Shown in pieces: positions 56,580 to 64,000 of a stretch of 64,000 bases of DNA. How positions within the stretch are numbered: the first letter of the stretch is position 1; every line of letters begins with the position of its first letter. The stretch is from Tubiluchus corallicola (lineage: Eukaryota; Animalia; Priapulida), in assembly GCA_030141605.1 (NCBI GenBank), contig JAQGDQ010001050.1, positions 1-64,000 on the forward strand. Direction: 5' to 3'. The notes under the pieces are model-generated. The model searched no databases. It had not been told where the DNA came from and saw only the letters and a program-made list of their open reading frames with translations. A program made the translations under genes and the position numbers.

Positions 56580-57352
56580 CATGCAAAGCTTTTTGTGTAT
56601 TGTGTGTCTGCGAGTGATTTAGCAAAAGACTAGCTGATGTGCTAGTTGGGTACGTGCAAAGCTTTGTGTGTCTACAAGTGATTTAGCAAAAGACTAGCTG
56701 ATGCGCTAGTCGGGTACGTGCAAAGCTTTGTGCGTCTACAAGTGATTTAGCAAAAGACTAGCTGATGCGCTAGTCGGGTACGTGCAAAGCTTTGTGCGTC
56801 TACAAGTGATTTAGCAAAAGACTAGCTGATGTGCTAGTCGGGTACGTGCAAAGCTTTGTCTGCCAGTGATTTAGCAAAAGACTAGCTGATGTGCTAGTCG
56901 AGTACGTGCAAAGCTTTGTGTGTGTCTGCCAGTGATTTAGCAGAAAACTAGCTGATGTGCTAGTCGGGTACGTGCAAAGCTTTGTTTGTGTGCGAGTGAT
57001 TTAGCAAAAGACTAGCTGATGTGCTAGTCGGGTACGTGCAAAGCTTTGTGTCTGCCAGTGATTTAGCAAAAAACTAGCTGATGTGCTAGTCGGGTACGTG
57101 CAAAGCTTTGTGTGTGTCTGCCAGTGATTTAGCAAAAGACTAGCTGATGTGCTAGTTGGGTACGTGCAAAGCTTTGCGTGTGTGCGAGTGATTTAGCAAA
57201 AGACTAGCTGATGTGCTATTTGGGTACATGCAAAGCTTTGCGTGTGTGCGAGTGATTTAGCAAAAGACTAGCTGATGTGCTAGTTGGGTACGTGCAAAGC
57301 TTTGCGTGTGTGCGAGTGATTTAGCAAAAGACTAGCTGATGCGCTAGTCGGG
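56580..57352. repeat. About 60-66 bp minisatellite, about 12 copies, with an internal hairpin
   Basis: AGTGATTTAGCAAAAGACTAGCTGATGTGCTAGTCGGGTACGTGCAAAGCTTTG plus a variable TG-rich linker. Confidence 0.96.
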
Positions 57353-57695
57353 TTGTTACGTGTGTTAAGTGTTATATCATCTTCTGTACTGTATATAGTA
57401 AAGTTAATAAAATGTAATTATGAAATTTTTGCCGTTGTTTGGGGTAAAATATTTTATTAAACTTGAACTTGAAAATAAATGTCAGAAATGAAAAAATCTG
57501 CGTGAAGTGTAGAAATCTGAAATAATTTGCTCATTAAATGTTGCAAAACTCGGCTTTTGAGACGTGACACCTGGCAAGATTACAGTAAGCCTTGTATTGT
57601 AATCATTGAAAATTGGACAAAAAATTGTAACGCAGAAGCCACAGGTGCCTCATAGTCCGGCAACTGGTAGGACAAACCTTGCATTTTCTTGGTGG

Positions 57696-58188
57696 TAGTG
57701 ATGGGCGATTAATAGATTAATCGAGATTACAACCATGTATGAATCTATATTATCGGTGATTGAACAGTAATTCAGTTAATCGAGATTAATCAAGAGCAAA
57801 ATATACATGTTATTAAAAGGCAGTGTTTTAGCGCAAATAAATTGGTTTCTCGCATTTTTTCTTCATCTTTCTCACCTTACACAATGTGCACAATTGCAAA
57901 GCACAATGTTGCAAACTGAGGCTTCTTATTCCCTTTCACTTGACGTGTGCAGTTGACATAACAATAGAGTAGTTAATGATTGTGTGTGTCTATAACAATA
58001 TTTGCGAATACGAAATGGCAGACAGTGACGCAAGCCTTGAAGGCGTTTATAGACTATATTTCAGTGCTGCAATGTCTGAAAAATACGGTTAAAACACTAA
58101 AAAATTGCAGCAAAAGATTAATCGTGATATCGAATCACAAGAACAAGATTGAAATCGAATTAGAACATTTGAAAATCGCCCATCGCTA
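57696..58188. mobile_element. hAT-like MITE
   Basis: TIR TAGTGATGGGCGATT / AATCGCCCATCGCTA; 5/8 flank match. Confidence 0.75.
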
Positions 58189-58700
58189 CTCTGTAGTATT
58201 CTTATGACTTGATGGTCCTCCTTTAAGAATATTTACTAGTAAAAAGCAGTGACCGATACCCTGTTCTATTTGTTCCTTGTATCATTTAGATTTCTTGAAA
58301 TGTTATTTTCTCTTTTTTAAGAGAAATAGCTCTACCCAAGCAGAGTAAATACCCCCATCCACACCGAAATTGTAAATTAAGAAGATCACAATCTGTATAA
58401 AACTTGTATCAAAAATTTTAACATCCACTCAAATTTTAGCGACATTGAAACATCTTGCAAACCTATTTATATCAATTATTTATTTTCTATCAATATGAAC
58501 AATATTCTCTATAACATATAAAATAGTAATAAATAACATTTCAAGCACAATAGAGTCATTAAAATGCATTATAAACAACATGCGAATGCTTTAAAAAATA
58601 AGCATTGTTAAAAATGTATTTTAAAACTTGTTGCTAAACAGGCTAAAAGTAATCGCTGCTATTGAAGTAACTTGAAGAGCACAGATACTTGTGAAAGTAA

Positions 58701-59821
58701 CGACGCCTTCAGACTAGCGAGTTTTCTCTTTGATGCCAAACTCGCAAGCGGGAAACGACCTCCGACAGTTGTTCTGATTTGATTAACTGTCTAGTGTGAA
58801 CGCCTCGTCGAGTTACTCTCAACACTTATTTCAGTAAACAGAGAACTGAGTGGTCGGCTCATGTTAACTGTCTAGTGTGAACGCCTCGCCGAGTTACTCT
58901 TAACACTTATTGCAGCAAACAGTGAACTGAGTGTCGGCTCATGTTTACTGTCCAGTGTGAACGCCTCGTCGAGTTACTCTCAACACTTATTGCAGCAAAC
59001 AGAGAACTGAGTGTCGGCTCAAGTTTACTGTCTAGTGTGAACGCCTCGTCGAGTTACTCTCAAAATTTATCGCAGCAAACAGAGAGTTGAGTGTCGGCTC
59101 ATGTTTACTGTCTAGTGTGAACGCCTCGTCGAGTTACTCTTAACACTTATTGCAGCAAACAGTGAATTGAGTGTCGGCTCAAGTTTACTGTCTAGTGTGA
59201 ACCCCTCGTCGAGTTACTCTCAAAATTTATCGCAGCAAACAGAGAGTTGAGTGTCGGCTCATGTTAACTGTCTAGTGTGAACGCCTCGTCGAGTTACTCT
59301 TAACACTTATTGCAGCAAACAGTGAACTGAGTGTCGGCTCAAGTTTACTGTCTAGTGTGAACGCCTCGTCGAGTTACTCTCAACACTCATCGCAGCAAAC
59401 AGAGACTTGAGTGTCGGCTCATGTTAACTGTCTAGTGTGAACCCCTCGTCGAGTTACTCTCAACACTTATTGCAGCAAACAGAGAACTGAGTGTCGGCTC
59501 AAGTTTACTGTCTAGTGTGAACGCCTTGTCGAGTTACTCTCAACACTTATTGCAGCAAACAGTGAATTGAGTGTCGGCTCAAGTTTACTGTCTAGTGTGA
59601 ACGCCTCGTCAAGTTACTCTTAACACTTATCGCAACAAACGGAGACCTGAGTGTCGGCTCAAGTTTACTGTCTAGTGTGAACACCTCGCCGAGTTACTCT
59701 CAACACTCATCACAGCAAACAGAGAATTGAGTGTCAGAGAGTAACTTGCAGCAAGCTTTGCTCTCTAGTCTGAGCAGGCTTGCGAGTTATTTGGCGAGAA
59801 AACTCTAGTGTGAACGCACCT
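58701..59821. mobile_element. PIF/Harbinger-like MITE containing an 80 bp tandem array
   Basis: Left GACGCCTTCAGACTAGCGAGTTTTCTC versus right GAGAAAACTCTAGTGTGAACGCACC; TAA-type flanks. Confidence 0.7.
58783..59745. repeat. 80 bp satellite, about 12 copies
   Basis: ACTGTCTAGTGTGAACGCCTCGTCGAGTTACTCT... recurs with period 80. Confidence 0.97.
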
Positions 59822-60107
59822 TAATGCAATAGAACACCAGCAGTGATTCATTATCCTAAACACATTTCATGACAACTGGATGTAATAAATATTTTTTACA
59901 AATATTGTGCATTAATCTTTCCACAACAAGCCCTGAACTACACAAATCTTGTAAGAAAATTTACTACATGTACGGAGCACACACGGGTATCATATCACAT
60001 GTAGCCAATATACACACATAAAAAGTAACATTTTGGCAACAAAAAATGCATTTTTTGGCAAGGAAAAATATTTTTACACATTTTTTTCATACCGCAAGGT
60101 AATCTGT

Positions 60108-63048
60108 TCACACCTTGACTGGAGGTAAAGGAGGCAAGAGACTGGAAAGCGGATCGTTCCCGGAAAGCACCTGAATCCGTTTCCGCAACATCATCAGATC
60201 ACCACGTAGCTGCTCCAAACTAAAAAAAAACTCCAGATGAAATTTAGAATGACAACATAGTGAATGTTCACAAGTTTCAGCAAGTGTTGAGTGGTGTTTA
60301 CATCGCATCCGAATGCAGATGCAGAATAGATAAAATCAGTTTATATTATCTTATTTTAAGTACCTGAAGCAAAAATATTGAGTCAATTATACGGAGTTAT
60401 TTGAGTCAATTGCCGACAGTTTTTATGTACGTTTGTATAGAAGCGGCCAGTACTAAACGTCTTTGACTCAAGTAGGCAACTGATTCTATGTAATAAATGG
60501 CGCCTACTGTAGTAATAATAGCAGCGTACAAATCTTTTTAGATTAGTTTATACAATTAAGATACAAACAAATAATACATGCAAAATTATCAAATAAATAA
60601 AAATAGATTCAAGGCTTACAGAAGTATTTTATACCTGCTAGCACGAAGAACTTCTACCCAGTTACAACACTGCTGTTCTGAATTGCATGAAAAATAATGT
60701 TTCTTATCTTCCTCGCCGTCAAATGCTGCATGGAAAAAAATCTGCATAAACAAGCTGAGCAAAATGAATTCTCGTGTGTCCTCTATTGACACGCTTACTC
60801 AAGCATGTACATTACTCAAGCATGTCCACCATGTGTCGGTTCAACTGACGTAGCCGGTACGACAGTCAAGCCGTGAGAAACAGAAAAATATCTTGACCAT
60901 ATTATTTCCAATCACTATAAGAATGATCTGGATATTTAGTACATGAAAGAGCCAGCTTCTAGGAATCACCACAATCGTCACTCCGTAAACATGGTGACCT
61001 GGATCTTATCAGGCAACGGAGTCTTTTTTACGCTATTCTTGGAAACTTTCGTTATTGTTCACTTAATGTTAAAACTCATCTGTTCAACTCTTATTGCAAT
61101 TCCTTCTACGGTATGGCCACCTGGCGGCATTTTTATGACTACAGTCTCAGCAAGCTTAAAGTAGCTCACAATATTTCTATATGCAAATTTTTCAATTATC
61201 CATATGCATATGACTATAGTTCCAGGACCATTTCAGTAGACCACGATGTTTTATGCTTTGATGTAATACATAGGAAAACTGCATACAGTTTATACAGTAG
61301 AGTAATGCAAAGCTCAAATTGTCTTATAAAAGCACTGAATCGCAGAGACACATTTTACACTTCAGACATAAGAGACCAAGGGAGGAAAGTATTATGTAGA
61401 AATTATGAGTGACGATTCAGGCTGGAAGTATGGCATTGTGCATGTATATATTTTGCACTGTTATTTTATTTACACATGTATTAACTTGCATATTTTGGGA
61501 TAGAGAGTCTATAATGATTGTATGTCTTGCATGGTATGTATTCTATGAACGTAGTTCGAAATAAAGAGTTAAATTTAATCAAAATCAAATCAAGTGCCAC
61601 GTATTTTAGCCGTCGCTTTTCGGAAAATTTAAACCACAGTTTCAGTACTACAGCCACAACAATGTTGTAGCTTATTTGTGTAACTACACATCAACTAAAG
61701 CTTAAACCATGCTCAGGAAAAGACAGAGTTTCCGTTCAACAATAAAAAAACTACGATATTTAGCCTCCGAAACAAACAGTTTTATAGTTAGTTAAGAATT
61801 GCTACATTTAGTCTGAATACTATCCTCACGGCATATTTTAAGACTGTAATTTAGAAAGAAAACAACTACTCGATTTAGAACTGTTTATACACAATGAGTA
61901 TAATAGTTTGTAACTTCATACCTATAGAAAATTGATAAGTGTCATTCGTGGCAGGTTCCTGTTTAGCAAAGCATCTTTCCAACACAATAACACCGGACGG
62001 CTAAAAATATACATCTCCTTTAATAATGCATTCAGACAGTGGTGGCTCGGGTACTGTGGAACTGCAGCACCCCCTATTTCCATCCGATATTATCGATAAC
62101 TTTCAATATAATCAGTCCTTTGTCTTTAGTTCTTTCTTTATACATGTACGTAACCAGAGCACACGAGGTTAGTACTGTTTGCTTCATAGTTAGTTAACGG
62201 TGAAAAACACACAGATCACGGTTTCACGGACACTTAGAAAAGCTTTTATAACTCCTGTAGTAAATGTCTCGAAATATTCTTTCCATTAACGTCCGCAATT
62301 AATTGAATAGTGCGTATAATTCACAAAATTTCTCTCCGGAGGTTTGGAGAATTATGTTTCAAGTTGAACGTTAATTGCTATTTGCAATTTAAAGCTTCAG
62401 CATCATCAGCGAATACAGTACAGTTTTTCTCGGATTTTTTAATATAAAATATAAAAGTGCTTACATATTCAGCATAATATTTAAAGTTGACATTCAGCAC
62501 TGCATTGTATTGTATTCTAAAGTGCATTATATGCCGCAATATTCTGTTAACTGCAATGCATCACAGCAGCTGCAGTATGTTCTATTATTGTAACATATCC
62601 TATAAGCTGCGATATTTCTAGAAACTGCAACCTTGAACAAACTACAATATACAAGCTGCACTATATTCCATTAATTGTTAACGTATCCTCAATAAATTCA
62701 CAAATACGGTGTTTAGAAATGTTTAAAGGGTATTACAATGGGTTTGAAAAATTCTAATAATAAAATATCTAACTAACTACCTTGCTTAACAGAAATAATT
62801 AATGCCGCCAATGCAACGAAATGCAAAACATAATTGTTATACTTAAAAAAACAGCATCTTTACAGCAGGTTTAATATTAGATTTAATGATGCTTCTAGAA
62901 TGTGAAGCACTAATTTTTCTTAATAAACTTACAAAGTACGACTGAGTTAAACTTCAACCTACCTCTGTATCTGCAATGGCACCAAATTCATTAGTTCGAA
63001 AATAGAACAGTAGATTTCCTCTGAGTTTAAACCACTTTTCTTTGTAGC
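60108..63048 (-). CDS. PLEKHJ1: PH-domain protein PLEKHJ1 homolog, last four coding exons (5' end probably beyond the window)
   Basis: complement join(62963-63048,61922-62000,60635-60725,60108-60219) reads YKEKWFKLRGNLLFYFRTNEFGAIADTE|PSGVIVLERCFAKQEPATNDTYQFSI|AFDGEEDKKHYFSCNSEQQCCNWVEVLRAS|SLEQLRGDLMMLRKRIQVLSGNDPL...*. It is collinear with PLEKHJ1 (NFLFYFRT, PVGALLLERC, SEEQCQEWMEALRRAS, TGKDPL); introns are GT-AG with consistent phases. Confidence 0.85.
60345..60509. mobile_element. Partial family C element
   Basis: GAGTCAATTATACGGAGTTATTTGAGTCAA core ending in GGCGCCTACTG-TA. Confidence 0.75.
62037..62190. repeat. Interspersed repeat; inverted copy at about 16415-16571
   Basis: GGGTACTGTGGAACTGCAGCACC...GTACTGTTTGCTT is shared in reverse complement. 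Confidence 0.75.
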
Positions 63049-63097
63049 CTTGAGAATAAAACAAAAGTGAGAAAGATTGGATTTAGGCAAGTTAAGC

Positions 63098-63850
63098 ACC
63101 CCTCTCTTCCTCCCCTCTCTCTCTCTCTTTCTCTCTCTCTTCCCCCTCTCTCTCTCTCTCCTACCCCTCCCTCTCTTTCTCTCTCTTCCTTCCTCTCTCT
63201 CTTCCTCTCCCTCTCTCTCCCTTCCTCCCCCTCTCTCTGTCTTTCTCCACTCTCTCTCTCTTTCTCCCTCTCTCCCTCTTCCTCCCCCTAGAGCTCTCTC
63301 TCTCTATTTCTCTCTGTTTTCCTTCCTCTCTCTCTTTCTCTCTCTCTGTTTTCCTTGCTCTCTCTCTGTTTTCTTTCCTCTCTCTTTCTCTCTCTCCCTT
63401 CCCCTTGCTCTCTCTTGCACTCTCACTCTCTCTCCCTTCCTCCCTCTCTCTCTTGCTCCCCCCTAAAGCTCTCTCTCTCTGTTTTCCTTCCTCTACCTCT
63501 CTCTCCCTTCCCCCCTCTCTCTCTTCCTCCTCCCTAAAGCTCTCTCTCTCTGTTTCTCTCTGTTTTCCTTCCTCTCTCTCTCTCCCTTCCTTCCCCTTGC
63601 TCTCTCTTGCACTCTCACTCTCTCTCCCTTCCTCCCCCCTCTCTCTCTGTCTTTCTCCACTCTCTCTCTCTTCCTCCCCCTAGAGCTCTCTCTCTCTATT
63701 TCTCTCTGTTTTCCTTCCTCTCTCTCTCTCTCTCTCTCTGTTTTCTTTCCTCTCTCTCTCTCTCTCTCCCTTCCCCTTGCTCTCTCTTGCACTCTCACTC
63801 TCTCTCCCTTCCTCCCTCTCTCTTTTTCTTCCCCCCTCTCTCTCCCTCTC
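63098..63850. repeat. 750 bp polypyrimidine (CT-rich) tract with higher-order duplications
   Basis: Blocks such as CCCCCTAGAGCTCTCTC..TATTTC and CCCCTTGCTCTCTCTTGCACTCTCAC recur. Confidence 0.95.
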
Positions 63851-64000
63851 AAAAGTTTTGCAGGCAATGCACAGTAAGAAAGATTGGCAGTGAGAGAACA
63901 GGCAGTGGAAAAATCAACCAATGTTTTATTTAGAACGGTCAAGTGGATCCCAGAACATTGCAAGGAATTAGAATCAAATTAAAATAAACAATAATTTAAA

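Noticed and set aside
56580-57352. CRISPR-like array (palindromic repeat plus variable linker)
   Set aside because: Linkers are only 6-12 nt and are related TG variants rather than unique spacers; eukaryotic context with no cas genes.
63067-63963. Leu/Ser/Pro and Arg/Glu-rich ORFs
   Set aside because: Translations of the CT-rich tract.

Overview
AT-rich animal (probably non-arthropod invertebrate) genomic DNA with three spliced genes, reconstructed by hand from splice signals and translation. (1) A complete cullin-1 gene on + with 20 coding exons (22442-52232, 778 aa); its first coding intron is a U12-type (minor spliceosome) intron. (2) A DAZAP2 homolog on -, head-to-head with CUL1; three exons are secure (11260-15271) and the first coding exon is uncertain. 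(3) The last four coding exons of a PLEKHJ1 homolog on - (60108-63048), tail-to-tail with CUL1. Introns and intergenic DNA are packed with non-autonomous DNA transposons (hAT-, piggyBac-, Tc1/pogo- and Harbinger-like), a tRNA-headed Meta-type SINE, LINE fragments, microsatellites and many unrelated minisatellites. The most unusual feature is a 2.3 kb array in the last CUL1 intron made of about 80 tandem copies of the exon-19 end plus its own 5' splice site. The first nine extra donors are in frame, and every unit carries an anti-donor (U1-like TTACCTG) segment. Gene identities rest on recalled protein sequences, not on database searches.
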